NCBI GenBank assembly: GCA_963650985.1
Contig: CAVJNL010000001.1
Span: 1-62,346, forward strand
Direction of reading: 5' to 3'
Length of the DNA: 62,346 nucleotides
Source: Clostridium sp. CAG:413
GTDB taxonomy: Bacteria > Bacillota > Clostridia > Oscillospirales > Oscillospiraceae
Part shown: in pieces, positions 41,219 through 51,443 of the stretch
How the letters are laid out: each line of letters starts with the position of its first letter
How positions within the stretch are numbered: position 1 is the stretch's first letter
The notes under the pieces: model-generated
Database searches by the model: none
What the model was told of the DNA's origin: nothing
The model's input: only the letters and a program-made list of their open reading frames with translations
Position numbers and translations under genes: made by a program

Positions 41219-43645
41219 TTAGTTCATTCGGTTATACTCCGCGAAAATGTTCATATTTCGGTTCTCGGGCCGCTGGGCAAACTCCTTCATATAGGCGGAT
41301 AAAAGCCGCCGCACCGTTCCATTGCACCGCCCCACCACCGTAATGCGGTAGCGAAACCGCCCGTTGACCTTCACTACCGGGGCCGGGGCGGGGCCCAGGA
41401 CCTCCAGGCCCATGTCCTTGTAGGGCGGCTGCTCCACGGCTTCCCGGAGGCTCTGCTTTAGCTCCATGCAGCTTCGCCGCACATACTCCTCGAATGCCCC
41501 CGTCACCGTCAGCACCGTCAGGTCCGTAAACGGCGGTTCCCGCCGAAGCTGCCGCAAGCTGATCTCACGCCGGTAAAAGCTCTCGTAGTCCTGCTTCGCT
41601 GCGTCCAGCAGCACCTCGTTTTCCGGGGTGTAGGTCTGAATCACCGCCCGCCCGGGCTTGTCCCCCCGTCCTGCCCGGCCCACCACTTGGGTCAGCAGCA
41701 CAAAGGTGCGCTCGGCGGCCCGGTAGCTATCCACATACAGCGACTGATCCGCCGCCAGCACGCCCACCAGGGTCACATTATCAAAATCCAATCCCTTAGC
41801 CACCATCTGCGTGCCCAAAAGGATGGGAATTTTTTCCGTATCAAATTTTTGCAGCAGCTTTTCGTGCTGCACGCCCACGGAATCCGCGTCCATCCGCAGA
41901 ATTTCCGTCTCCGGGAACAGCTCCCGCAGCTCCTGCTCCACCTTCTGTGTGCCGGTGCCCACGGGCCGCATCTCCTCCCCGCACTGGGGGCAGTCCCGCT
42001 CAAACTTCTCCGAGTGCCCGCAGTAGTGGCACATCATCCGCCGATTGGCGGAGTGATAGGTCAGCGAAACACTGCATCGGTCGCACTGGGGCACATACCC
42101 GCACCCGGGGCAGATCATCTGTCGGCTGTTGCCCCGCCGGTTGAGAAACAGAATGGTCTGCTGCCCCAGCTCCAAATTTTTTTGAATCTCCTCATACAGC
42201 TCCCGGCTGATGGAGGTGTAGTTCCCCTGCCGCAGCTCCTGGCGCATGTCCACCAGCGAGACCCGCGGCAAGGCGTTTTGGTTGTACCGCCGCCGCAGCA
42301 ACGTCAGATGGTACTTGCCCTCCCGGGCGTTGTGGGCCGTCTCCACTGTGGGGGTGGCAGAGCCCAGCACCAGCCACGCGCCCTCCTTGGCGCAGCGGTA
42401 TTTGGCAATGTCCCGGGCGTGGTAGCAGGGCGCCTTTTCCGATTCGTAAGACCCCTCCTGCTCCTCGTCCAAAACGATCATACCCAGGTTCGCAATGGGC
42501 GCAAACACCGCCGACCGCGTCCCCAGCACGATTTTCACCAGGCCCTGCCGAATGCGCTTATACTGGTCATACCGCTGGGAGATGCCCAGGCCGCTGTGCA
42601 GCAGGGCCACCTCCTCCCCGAAATACGCGGAAAACCGCTGCATCATCTGGGGCGTCAGGGCAATTTCCGGCACCAGGATCATGGCCGTCCTGCCCTCCTG
42701 CAAAAGACGCTGGGCCAGGGTGATGTACACCTCGGTCTTGCCGCTGCCGGTGACACCCTGTAAGAGCGTTACCCCCGGCTTACCGCTGTGTATCTGCCCC
42801 AAAATTTCGTTGAAAGCCGCCTGCTGCTCCTGGTTGAGCCGAATTTCCGGCGCCATTTCATCCGCCGCACGCAGCTTTACCCGAAAAATTTCCTCCTCCC
42901 GCAGGGAAAACACTCCCTGCTTTTCCATCCCTATCACCCACCTGCGGGTAATGCCCGTGTAGTAGGTGAGGTCGTGGAGCGAAGTCTCCCCGTTTTGCAG
43001 CAAAAAAGACAAGGCCGCCCCCTGCCGGGGCGCTTTTTTCATTTTTTCCCGTGCCAGCTCCTCCGCCTCCTGGGCGGGAACCGCCAGCGAGACCCGCAGG
43101 TCCGTCTTGTCCAGGACCCGCCTGCTGGATTCCCGGGCGCAGGACACGACCCCCAGCTTCTCCAGCTTTTGAAGTAGGGCCCTGGCCTTGGGCTGGGCCG
43201 CCAGAAGCTGGGAAAACTCCCGGTCCCCCTCCCGCAGAAGGTCCACCAGCAGCGCCTCCGGCTGCGTCAGGCTCTCCCCCTCCGGCTCCCGGCACAGGTG
43301 CCACAGCTCCTTGTGCTGATACCAAAGTCCGATGGGCAGTATCGCGTGGAGCGCGTCATAAAAGGTGCAGAAATACCGCTGGCACATCCACAGCGCCAGG
43401 CGAATCTGCTCCGCCGAGAGCTGCGCTTCCTCGTCCAGCACCGCGTCCACCGCCTTCAGCGGCCTATCCGCCACCGCCTCCTGCACGGCCAGCACCATGC
43501 CCTCCGAGCGGCGGTTTCCCCGCCCAAAGGGCACCGTCACGCGCATACCCGCGCCCACGGCCATGCCCTCCGGCACCAGGTAGTCGTAGGGCCTATCAAT
43601 GGCGTAGACGGCAGCCTCTATTGCGATTTTTGCGATCCGCGCCAT
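41219..43645 (-). CDS. priA: Primosomal protein N'
   Basis: GVTGSGKT, DEEQ, Cys-rich zinc region, GTQMVAKGLDF, QVVGRAGR. Confidence 0.96.
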   Translation of the reverse strand: MARIAKIAIEAAVYAIDRPYDYLVPEGMAVGAGMRVTVPFGRGNRRSEGMVLAVQEAVADRPLKAVDAVLDEEAQLSAEQIRLALWMCQRYFCTFYDALHAILPIGLWYQHKELWHLCREPEGESLTQPEALLVDLLREGDREFSQLLAAQPKARALLQKLEKLGVVSCARESSRRVLDKTDLRVSLAVPAQEAEELAREKMKKAPRQGAALSFLLQNGETSLHDLTYYTGITRRWVIGMEKQGVFSLREEEIFRVKLRAADEMAPEIRLNQEQQAAFNEILGQIHSGKPGVTLLQGVTGSGKTEVYITLAQRLLQEGRTAMILVPEIALTPQMMQRFSAYFGEEVALLHSGLGISQRYDQYKRIRQGLVKIVLGTRSAVFAPIANLGMIVLDEEQEGSYESEKAPCYHARDIAKYRCAKEGAWLVLGSATPTVETAHNAREGKYHLTLLRRRYNQNALPRVSLVDMRQELRQGNYTSISRELYEEIQKNLELGQQTILFLNRRGNSRQMICPGCGYVPQCDRCSVSLTYHSANRRMMCHYCGHSEKFERDCPQCGEEMRPVGTGTQKVEQELRELFPETEILRMDADSVGVQHEKLLQKFDTEKIPILLGTQMVAKGLDFDNVTLVGVLAADQSLYVDSYRAAERTFVLLTQVVGRAGRGDKPGRAVIQTYTPENEVLLDAAKQDYESFYRREISLRQLRREPPFTDLTVLTVTGAFEEYVRRSCMELKQSLREAVEQPPYKDMGLEVLGPAPAPVVKVNGRFRYRITVVGRCNGTVRRLLSAYMKEFAQRPENRNMNIFAEYNRMN

Positions 43646-43671
43646 AGCTTTGCCTCCTGCTGCGGGAAAAA

Positions 43672-43893
43672 TTACTGGTTGTCGGTGTCGATACCGGTGT
43701 CGATGGAGGCCGCATCAAACAGCCCCTCCGCCACCTCGTTGATAGCCATAGTCACGGGTTTTTCCTCCAGGGGCTCGCCGTTTGCCTCGGCCTCCTGGGC
43801 GATCTGGCGGGCACGCCGCGCCACCACATTCACCATCATATAGCGGTTGGGAATGTACTCCGTGAGTTTCGTCATTGCAGGATACAGCATCAT
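43672..43893 (-). CDS. rpoZ: RNA polymerase omega subunit
   Basis: MLYP..NRY..VARRARQI..KPVTMAINEV; follows gmk. Confidence 0.92.
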   Translation of the reverse strand: MMLYPAMTKLTEYIPNRYMMVNVVARRARQIAQEAEANGEPLEEKPVTMAINEVAEGLFDAASIDTGIDTDNQ

Positions 43894-43942
43894 AATAATC
43901 AACTTCCTATCTGCCTTTCGGCGAATTTATAAACAAATTTAT

Positions 43943-44539
43943 TTACTCCACCAGCAATTTTGCGATACGCTGGGGGGACTTGCAGTGCTCGGCCAATAGA
44001 ATGGCCTTTATCTGCTCCACGGCGCTTTCCACCGTGTCGTTGATAACAAAATAGTCGTAGGCATCCGCCATTTTCAGCTCCACCTTGGCCCGCAGGAGCC
44101 GCTTTTGCACCTTGTCGGCGTCGTCGGTCCCCCGCTCGGTGAGGCGGCGCTCCAGCTCGGCCCAGGAGGGCGGCGCGATGAAGATACGCACCGTTTCCGG
44201 CCGCTTGGCGCACACCTGCTGGGCGCCCTGGATCTCAATGTCCAAAATCACATCCCGCCCCTCGTCCATGGCGGCGTCCACATATTTTTTCGGCGTTCCG
44301 TAGAAATTGCCCACATACTCGGCGTACTCCAAAAACGCCTCCTCCTCGATCATCCTATGAAAATCTTCCGGAGCTATGAAGTGATAATGTACGCCGTCCA
44401 GCTCCTTTTCCCGGGGCGACCGGGTAGTGGCGGACACGGAAAAATACAGGTCCGGGTACTCCTGTAAGAGGGCGTTGAGCACCGTGCTCTTGCCCACCCC
44501 GGAGGGGCCGGAAATGATGAATGTCTTACCCTTAGTCAA
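43943..44539 (-). CDS. gmk: Guanylate kinase
   Basis: [21 protein letters not shown]. Confidence 0.97.
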   Translation of the reverse strand: MTKGKTFIISGPSGVGKSTVLNALLQEYPDLYFSVSATTRSPREKELDGVHYHFIAPEDFHRMIEEEAFLEYAEYVGNFYGTPKKYVDAAMDEGRDVILDIEIQGAQQVCAKRPETVRIFIAPPSWAELERRLTERGTDDADKVQKRLLRAKVELKMADAYDYFVINDTVESAVEQIKAILLAEHCKSPQRIAKLLVE

Positions 44540-44802
44540 AGCAATTCCTCCTGTGTAAAGTCTTCTACCTTTACCCCAAACCGGGGTGCCAGCTTCTCCG
44601 CCGAGAGGGCCGAGAGCACCACATGGTCGCTGTCCATGATAAGCACCGCCGCCGTCTTGCGCCCGAAGGTGGCGTCAATGAGCATCCCACTGTCCCGTGA
44701 CTCCTGGATAAGCCGCTTCACCGGCGCGGAGTCGGGGCTGACGATGGCAATGAGCCGCTGGGCGGAAATGAGGTTTCCGAAACCAATGTTTATCAGCTCC
44801 AT
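44536..44802 (-). CDS. remA: RemA/DUF370 family regulator
   Basis: [24 protein letters not shown]. Confidence 0.93.
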   Translation of the reverse strand: MELINIGFGNLISAQRLIAIVSPDSAPVKRLIQESRDSGMLIDATFGRKTAAVLIMDSDHVVLSALSAEKLAPRFGVKVEDFTQEELL

Positions 44803-44812
44803 CTTCCCTACC

Positions 44813-45691
44813 TCACTCGATGTTCTGTACCTGCTCGCGGATCTTCTCCACCTCGGCCTTCATGTTCACCACATCCCTTGCGATGGTCAGGTCATTGCAC
44901 TTAGATCCGATGGTGTTGCACTCCCGGTTCACCTCCTGAATGAGGAAGTCCAGCTTCCGCCCCACGGGCTCGTCGCCCGCCAGCATAGTCCTAAGCTGGG
45001 ACAGATGGCTGCGCAGGCGCACGGTCTCCTCATCCACGGCGATCTTGTCGGCAAAAATGGCGGCCTCGGTCAAAATCCGGCTCTCGTCGATGGTGGTGGA
45101 CTGCAATACCTCCCGCATCTTCGCCTCGAGCCGTGCCCGGTACTCGCTGACGGTCTGAGGCGAGCGCTCCTCCACCTTGGCCACGACGCCCTCGATGGTG
45201 TCGGCCCGGCACGCGATGTCACTATACAGCTTCTCGCCCTCCACGGCCCGCATCTGCCGGTGGGCGGCCAGGGCCTCCTCCAGCACGGCGCAAATATCGG
45301 CGGAGATCATCTCCAGATCCTCCTCCGCCTTCGTCACCGCCAGCACGTCGGGAAACCGCGCCAGGGTGGCCGCGTTCAGCTCGTCCTCCAGGGAGAACAT
45401 CTCCCGCAGCCGGGTCAGCGCCTCGTAGTAGCTCCGGGCCAGGGGTTCATTCACCTGCACCACCGTCTGGTCGGCGGACACCGCGTCTACGGTGACGAAC
45501 ACATCCACTTTTCCCCGGGAAATGGACTTCTGCACCAGGGCCTTCATGGCGTCCTCGGCAAAAATATAGGCCCGGGGCATCTTCACGGTGCAGTCCAAAT
45601 AGCGGTTGTTCACCGACCGCACCTCCACGGTGATGTTTCTTCCATTGCGTTCCTGCCGGGCGCGGCCATAGCCGGTCATGCTTTTGACCAT
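44813..45691 (-). CDS. yicC: YicC/YloC family endoribonuclease
   Basis: [39 protein letters not shown]. Confidence 0.94.
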   Translation of the reverse strand: MVKSMTGYGRARQERNGRNITVEVRSVNNRYLDCTVKMPRAYIFAEDAMKALVQKSISRGKVDVFVTVDAVSADQTVVQVNEPLARSYYEALTRLREMFSLEDELNAATLARFPDVLAVTKAEEDLEMISADICAVLEEALAAHRQMRAVEGEKLYSDIACRADTIEGVVAKVEERSPQTVSEYRARLEAKMREVLQSTTIDESRILTEAAIFADKIAVDEETVRLRSHLSQLRTMLAGDEPVGRKLDFLIQEVNRECNTIGSKCNDLTIARDVVNMKAEVEKIREQVQNIE

Positions 45692-45713
45692 ATTCCTTTC
45701 CTCCTCCATCTCG

Positions 45714-46364
45714 TCAGCAGAAGAACACTCTTCCGCCGCCGCACAAACAGTTGGCACAGATCAGCGCGCCGCATACCTTCATGCACTCGTCGTTTCCGAA
45801 GCTGCCTGTGGTCCGGTTTCCGTAGCCCCGGGGCCGATAGGTGCTGCCCCGGCCCTCGATGATGTCCAGCGCCCGGCGGTATTCCGGGTTGTCCGGGGCC
45901 ATCTGCACCGCCGTCTCGTAGTAGCGCTTGGCCTGGTCCATCCAGCCCTTGCGGTAGCAGATAACGCCCTTGAGGAAGTTCCACTCGGCGTTGTGGTCGC
46001 TCATGGCGTTGAGCTGCTCCTCCGCCAGGTTCAGATTCCCCTGCTGGATGCTCACGCGCACCCGCAGAAAGGCCGCGTCGCCCGTGTAAGCGCCGTAGGG
46101 ATTGCCATACGGATTTCCGTACCCGCCGCCACCGTAAGCGCCGCCGTATCCGGCCCCGCCGGACCCGCCGTTCTTGCGCATGGTCTGCACCTGCTCGTAG
46201 GCCTCGTTGATCTCCTTCATCTTCTCCTGGGCCACATCGGCCAGGGGCGAATCGTGGTAGTTGTCGGGGTGATATTTCCGAGCTAGATTGCGGTAGACTT
46301 TTTTCACTTCCTCGTCTGTGGCGGTACTGGATACGCCCAGCACCTCATAGGGGTCACGCATCAT
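45714..46364 (-). CDS. J-domain protein with TPR and Cys-rich C-terminus
   Basis: [14 protein letters not shown]-domain, G/Y-rich linker, TPR-like [14 protein letters not shown], tail [15 protein letters not shown]. Confidence 0.9.
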   Translation of the reverse strand: MMRDPYEVLGVSSTATDEEVKKVYRNLARKYHPDNYHDSPLADVAQEKMKEINEAYEQVQTMRKNGGSGGAGYGGAYGGGGYGNPYGNPYGAYTGDAAFLRVRVSIQQGNLNLAEEQLNAMSDHNAEWNFLKGVICYRKGWMDQAKRYYETAVQMAPDNPEYRRALDIIEGRGSTYRPRGYGNRTTGSFGNDECMKVCGALICANCLCGGGRVFFC

Positions 46365-47259
46365 CGGGTCCTGCCTTTCCTTTGGCGTTCTCTGTCTTTC
46401 TTGTCTGCTTGCGGTAAGTTCCGTTCAGCACGGCGCTGCCCACCGCATACAGTCCCTCGTATAAAACGCTTTCTATAATGCCCGCCCAGCATCCGAAGTC
46501 CGCCAGTTCGTAGGCGGCGGCCATGGTTCGGATGGAGGCGTCCAATGTGGAAGCAACGCGCTGCTTGTCCTGCTCCGATAGCTGCCCGTCCACCGCTCCA
46601 TAGCGCAGCAGAAGCGGATTGTAGCTTCCACTTTTGCTGTCCTCCTTCACATCGTCCAGGGCGTCCACCAGGTAGATCCACCGTCCCAGGTGGTACAGCA
46701 GCTCCTCCAGCACCCGCCGCTTTTCGGCGCAGCTCTCCAAAGCCGCCAGGTCCCGCAGCAGCAGGGCAAAGGCGTCCGCCGCCTGGTCGGGCACGGGGCA
46801 TTTTTCGCTTTCCAGTTGTGATAAATATTTCAGTCTCTCCCGTATCTGCCTGTCCAAATTTGGGCAGAAGCGGCGGGCTTTCCCGTAGGCCGGGCGCAGA
46901 AACAGGCTGGCAAGCCTGTATTTCATTCCCCGGAAAAATCCGTGGTCCTCCGCGCCGTCCCGAAGCTGCCACCAGGTGAGCAGCACGCTCACATCCGCCG
47001 CCGCGTCCAGGGCCGCCGTCTCCTCACAGAAGCACCGCCTGCGCATCGGGTGGGTCAAGCACTGCTTCTCGCCGCACCGGGGCGCGTCCCCGTCTGACAG
47101 AAGCATAGCCAAAAATACCAGGTCGTAATTCAGTATCATCCGGGCCGCCGTACCATAGCGCCGACCCAGGGTGTGGCACAGTCCGCAGTAGCAGGCCCTG
47201 TACCGCGCCGCCTCCTCCTCCGTCAGTTTATCCGGGGAGATGTGCACATATCCAAACAT
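46354..47259 (-). CDS. DUF5685 family protein
   Basis: MFGYV..YCGLC..L..RYG..LNYD..FL and [14 protein letters not shown]...GSYNP signature. Confidence 0.85.
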   Translation of the reverse strand: MFGYVHISPDKLTEEEAARYRACYCGLCHTLGRRYGTAARMILNYDLVFLAMLLSDGDAPRCGEKQCLTHPMRRRCFCEETAALDAAADVSVLLTWWQLRDGAEDHGFFRGMKYRLASLFLRPAYGKARRFCPNLDRQIRERLKYLSQLESEKCPVPDQAADAFALLLRDLAALESCAEKRRVLEELLYHLGRWIYLVDALDDVKEDSKSGSYNPLLLRYGAVDGQLSEQDKQRVASTLDASIRTMAAAYELADFGCWAGIIESVLYEGLYAVGSAVLNGTYRKQTRKTENAKGKAGPDDA

Positions 47260-47663
47260 CAGAACAGTCGCACAACGGTATAGGTCAGTATCTCGTGGCG
47301 CTTGGCATAGCGGTCATAGAAAATGCTGGGGACAAAAGCCACAATAGCGGCGGCAATGGCGATGATATACCGGGCGGACTCCGCCAGCCCCTCTGACAGG
47401 AAGTACCCCAGCAAAAAGGCGATCACCGGCAGCAAATATACCAGCGCCACCACGCCCAACAGCTTCTTCGTCTCGCTCTGGACCACCACCTTGTCCCCGG
47501 GCTTCACGCCCACCGGGTCGCTGGCCCGGGCATGGATGGCCGCCCCGATCATGCCGCACCCGGCGCACTCCTCGCAGTCGTGCCCGCAGGCGGATTTCCG
47601 CGGCACGGAAATTTCCACGAAGCCCGGCTCCAAATTCTTTTCCACTGTTGCAATCTGTGTCAT
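47259..47663 (-). CDS. rseC: RseC/MucC (SoxR-reducing system) family membrane protein
   Basis: RKSACGHDCEECAGC, GDKV, VYLLP followed by two TM helices. Confidence 0.85.
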   Translation of the reverse strand: MTQIATVEKNLEPGFVEISVPRKSACGHDCEECAGCGMIGAAIHARASDPVGVKPGDKVVVQSETKKLLGVVALVYLLPVIAFLLGYFLSEGLAESARYIIAIAAAIVAFVPSIFYDRYAKRHEILTYTVVRLF

Positions 47664-47678
47664 ATTCTGTTCCTTTCG

Positions 47679-48917
47679 CTAAGTCTCGGCTGTGCTGCTC
47701 TCCAGCCGCACATTCACCTGATAGTTCCCCTTGGCGCTGACATTGTCATAGCCGTTTACGATGATCTTCACCGGCAGGGTGTATTCTCCCTCCGCGGTAA
47801 GATTGGAGAAGTCGATGATTGCAATGACATTTTCCTCCGTCACCGCCTCGATCTCCGCCGCCAGGCCCCGGAGCGTCACCTGAATGCTCTCGGTGGTACA
47901 CACCCCCGTAAAGCCCTCGGCCACCCGCTCCACCTGGAAGCGGCTTACGGTGATGGTCCGCTCCGTCACGCCGGTGACGGTAAATGTAACGGTAGCGCTG
48001 CGGTTATCGTCCACGATCTCCGTGTTCTCCGGCGCCAAAATATCATAATACAGCGTCTGGGACTCCGAAATGTCCTGCAAATACACCGTGTCCAGGGCGA
48101 TGCTCTCAATGGTGTCCAGCACTTCCTTCTCCCCCGCCAGCGTCACCGACAAGGGGTCGATGGTGAATCTCACCTGCTCCCGGGTAGACCCGGCGGACTC
48201 CCGCACGATCAGCTCCAGGGGCACCTCCTTGGTGGTCTTGATGGGCACCCGCACCTGCACCAGCTTGGTCGTGGGCCGAATGGCGGCGTTGTCCACCTCG
48301 ATGTCGTTGTAGTCGTACAGCGTAAAGCCCAAGGCATTTTCATAGGACTTGTCTGCGCCGGACACATCCACGGTGATCTTTGCATAGCTGATGTTCACCA
48401 GGTCGTCCCGCTGGCCGTGAAGCAGAATTTTGTCCACATCCAGTATGGGCTCTTCGGCGTAGAAATCCTTCTTCGGCGTGCCGGTGACTTCGCACACCAG
48501 CGGCACCTCCGTGGAGTAAAGCTCGCCTACCGTCACCGTCACCCGGTACGCGCTGGCCCAGTCCACGGAGATGGAGTTCTTCTCCACCCCGTCGGGATAG
48601 ACCACCTGGTAGCTCAGGCTCTGGGAGCCCACCTCCGTGATGGTGCTGGTGTCCACCACAATGCGAATGTCATCCCTGTCGATCTGACGAAGCTGGCTGC
48701 GGGGCCCCTTGAGGGTCAGGTCGATGGTGGTGTCGTAGCCTGACAGCAGCATCAGCCCCTTGTCGGCCAAAGTCGTGCTCTCCCCGGCAAATTCCACGGG
48801 GATGTTCTTCACCTTCATGGGCACACTGGGCTGACGCACGGTGTCCACATACAGCCAAATGGCAATGGCGGCCACAATGGATGCCGCAATGCGCAGCGCC
48901 TTGCGTCTCTTACTCAT
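47679..48917 (-). CDS. cdaR: CdaR (YbbR-domain) regulator of diadenylate cyclase
   Basis: N-terminal TM ending AIWLYV, repeated beta-rich YbbR-like units, 8-nt overlap with cdaA. Confidence 0.88.
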   Translation of the reverse strand: MSKRRKALRIAASIVAAIAIWLYVDTVRQPSVPMKVKNIPVEFAGESTTLADKGLMLLSGYDTTIDLTLKGPRSQLRQIDRDDIRIVVDTSTITEVGSQSLSYQVVYPDGVEKNSISVDWASAYRVTVTVGELYSTEVPLVCEVTGTPKKDFYAEEPILDVDKILLHGQRDDLVNISYAKITVDVSGADKSYENALGFTLYDYNDIEVDNAAIRPTTKLVQVRVPIKTTKEVPLELIVRESAGSTREQVRFTIDPLSVTLAGEKEVLDTIESIALDTVYLQDISESQTLYYDILAPENTEIVDDNRSATVTFTVTGVTERTITVSRFQVERVAEGFTGVCTTESIQVTLRGLAAEIEAVTEENVIAIIDFSNLTAEGEYTLPVKIIVNGYDNVSAKGNYQVNVRLESSTAET

Positions 48918-49797
48918 CCTCGTCGCCTCCCTTCCACTGACGGATCCGCTGCAAGAGCCAGGGCGGGTCTTTTTTCTCGGCATTTTCCTGCTCCGGGGCA
49001 GGCATCAGCTCGTTTTTCAGCAGCTTTTCCAGGGTCTCGGGCATCAGGTGCCGCTTGAGCATCCCACCGATAGCCACGGAAATGGAGCCCGTCTCCTCGG
49101 AAACGATCACCACCACCGCGTCGGAGTTCTCGCTCATGCCGATACCGGCCCGGTGCCGCATACCCAGGTCGCGGCTCAGGTTTACATTTTTCGACAGCGG
49201 CAGCATGCACCCGGCGGCCAATATCCGCCCGTCGCGGACGATGACCGCGCCGTCGTGCATCGGCGCCTTCACGAAGAAGATATTCTTCAGCAGCTCGCCG
49301 GACACCTCCGCGTCCAGCACCGTGCCGCTTCTGACCATATCGTTGAGCACCAGGCTCCGCTCAAACACAATGAGCACGCCCGTGTGGGAGCGGGACATCT
49401 CCGTGCAGGCCACCACGGTCTGGTCGATGGCCTTTTCCAGCTCCGTGCTCTGCTGAGCGGGGGTAAGGAAGCGCAGGAGCTTAATATTCTTGCTGCCCAA
49501 CTGCTCCAGGCCCCGGCGCAGCTCCGGCTGAAACACCACAAACAGCGCCAAAACGCCCCACTCCACCACATAGCTGAGGATGTAGTTGATGCCCCGCAGG
49601 CTCAGCAGGGACGACAGCCACAGCGCCAGAATGAAGAAGATGATACCCTTGAGGATATTCTCGGCGCGTGTGCTGCGCACCAGGCTCAGCAGCTTGTAAA
49701 TGGCAAAGGACATGATGGCAATATCCAGCACATCCGTCACCCGGACCAGCGTCAGATATCGCCATATATTTTCCAGCACAGAAATGATAGAATCCAC
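48910..49797 (-). CDS. cdaA: Diadenylate cyclase CdaA (DacA)
   Basis: Three TMs, FQPELR, HDGA and RHRA catalytic motifs, VSEETG; GTG start after AAGGAG. Confidence 0.96.
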   Translation of the reverse strand: MDSIISVLENIWRYLTLVRVTDVLDIAIMSFAIYKLLSLVRSTRAENILKGIIFFILALWLSSLLSLRGINYILSYVVEWGVLALFVVFQPELRRGLEQLGSKNIKLLRFLTPAQQSTELEKAIDQTVVACTEMSRSHTGVLIVFERSLVLNDMVRSGTVLDAEVSGELLKNIFFVKAPMHDGAVIVRDGRILAAGCMLPLSKNVNLSRDLGMRHRAGIGMSENSDAVVVIVSEETGSISVAIGGMLKRHLMPETLEKLLKNELMPAPEQENAEKKDPPWLLQRIRQWKGGDEDE

Positions 49798-49841
49798 GGT
49801 CTGCTCCTTTCCTGTACAATAGAATTTCATAGATAATACTT

Positions 49842-49870
49842 ATTATATAAGAATCCCGGGAAAAAAGCAA
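49842..49870 (-). promoter_or_regulatory. SigA-type promoter of the cdaA operon
   Basis: TTGCTT-17-TATAAT. Confidence 0.7.
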
Positions 49871-49942
49871 TAAAAACAATCTAATTTTCTTTGTATTCTC
49901 AGAAAAAATCCACCCGAAAAACCCATTCTAGCCGGAAATTTT

Positions 49943-51079
49943 CTATTTCGTCCCCTTTCCCCGCAGGATACCCGAAAGCGCCCACAGGAATGTATCAATG
50001 TGCTGCTCGGTGTTAAATACCGACGGGCTCAGGCGCACCGTCCCCGTCTCCAGCGTCCCCGCAGTGCGGTGGGCCAAAGGCGCACAGTGCAGCCCCGCCC
50101 GCACGGCGATCTGCCTCCGAGCCAACTCCTCGCCGATCTGCTCGCTGTCCATTCCCTTCACCCGGAACGACAGCACCCCTGTCTGCGCCCGGCCCTCCGG
50201 GTCCGCAAATACCTCCACCTCCGGCAGCGCCGCAAGCCCCCGGGCCGCCCGCCGGGTCAGCCGAATTTCCCGCTCCGCGATGTTCTCCGGCCCCACCCGG
50301 GTCACGAACCGCAGTCCCTCCAAAAGGCCCGCGATGCCCGGCATATTGTGGGTCCCCGCCTCTAGTCGGTCCGGCGGGTCCGGCGGCATGGTCTGCATCC
50401 TTGACGCGCTCCCCGTGCCGCCGAAAAGCAGGGGCCGCGCCTCCCCGCCGCACAGCAGCAGCCCCATGCCCTGGGGCCCGTAAAGTCCCTTGTGTCCCGG
50501 CATAGCCACGAAGGCCGCCCCCCAGTCTGAGAGCGTCACCGGTAGTATCCCCGCCGACTGGGACGCGTCCACAATAAGCGGTGTCTTGTATTTTCGGCAC
50601 AGCGCCGCAATGCCCTCCACCGGCTGCACGCACCCGAACACATTGGATACATGGTTGCACACCACCGCGTCCACGCACCGCCGCAGGGCCCCGTGAAACC
50701 CCTCCAGCATCTTCTTCGGTGCAAACAGCGGCGCGTCTACGACTACGATTTCCACCCCCGGAATGCTGTGCAGCACCCGCGTCACGGCGTTGTGCTCATA
50801 CCCGCTGATAGCCACCCGTCCCCCGGGCCGCACCAGGCTGCGTATGGCGATGTTCAGTCCGTGGGTGGCGTTGGAGGTAAAGACCACCCGCTCCGGCTCC
50901 GGCACATGAAACAGCCCCGCCGCCGCTTCCCGGCAGGTAAAGGCCGTCCGCTCCGCCCGCTGGGAGGCCGGATAATTCCCCCGCCCCGGGGACGACATGG
51001 CCCCCACCGCCTGGGCCATGGCCCGCGCCACCTCCGGGGGCTTTTCCAGGGTGGTGGCCCCGCTGTCCAGATAGATCAT
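49943..51079 (-). CDS. Cysteine desulfurase / selenocysteine lyase-like class V aminotransferase
   Basis: IYLDSGATT, EHNAV, DASQSAG, PGHKGLYGP, RAGLHCA (group II-type Cys motif). Confidence 0.9.
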   Translation of the reverse strand: MIYLDSGATTLEKPPEVARAMAQAVGAMSSPGRGNYPASQRAERTAFTCREAAAGLFHVPEPERVVFTSNATHGLNIAIRSLVRPGGRVAISGYEHNAVTRVLHSIPGVEIVVVDAPLFAPKKMLEGFHGALRRCVDAVVCNHVSNVFGCVQPVEGIAALCRKYKTPLIVDASQSAGILPVTLSDWGAAFVAMPGHKGLYGPQGMGLLLCGGEARPLLFGGTGSASRMQTMPPDPPDRLEAGTHNMPGIAGLLEGLRFVTRVGPENIAEREIRLTRRAARGLAALPEVEVFADPEGRAQTGVLSFRVKGMDSEQIGEELARRQIAVRAGLHCAPLAHRTAGTLETGTVRLSPSVFNTEQHIDTFLWALSGILRGKGTK

Positions 51080-51327
51080 GTCCTCACCTCGCGGTAGCCA
51101 TCCTCGTTTTTTTCGTGGACCGAAAGGGGCGTCAGCCCGCCCCGGTGCAGGCAGTCCATCGCCTGCCACAGCTTCTCGCGCCTTATTTTCACCGCATAGC
51201 TGCATCCGTACTCCGTCAGTCCCACGGGAGCCCGGAATATTTTTGCCCAAATGCCGCAGTTTTCCAGCAGACGCATCATCCGCTGCGCCTGGGTGACGGA
51301 ACGGGCTATGATGATCACATATTCCAT
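51076..51327 (-). CDS. DUF3343 family small protein, 83 aa
   Basis: RSVTQAQR..AP..GCSYAVK; ATGA overlap with the desulfurase gene; SD GAGGAGG. Confidence 0.8.
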   Translation of the reverse strand: MEYVIIIARSVTQAQRMMRLLENCGIWAKIFRAPVGLTEYGCSYAVKIRREKLWQAMDCLHRGGLTPLSVHEKNEDGYREVRT

Positions 51328-51392
51328 GGTGCCATTCCTCCTCATGCCTCAGTTTATGTGCTGCCCAGGCGGCGTGACACCTAAGAAAGCGC

Positions 51393-51427
51393 AAAAGATC
51401 CGGCACCCTTACTTGAGTGCCGGATCC
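51393..51427 (-). terminator. Terminator after ispH-rpsA
   Basis: Minus strand GATCCGGCAC..GTGCCGGATC-TTTT. Confidence 0.75.
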
Positions 51428-51443
51428 ATTTATAAATTCCGAA

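Noticed and set aside
43645..43672. Missing coaBC between rpoZ and priA
   Set aside because: Gene-order variation only; no remnant seen and the gene may lie elsewhere.
46085..46165. [23 protein letters not shown] repeats
   Set aside because: Ordinary G/Y-rich linker following a J-domain.
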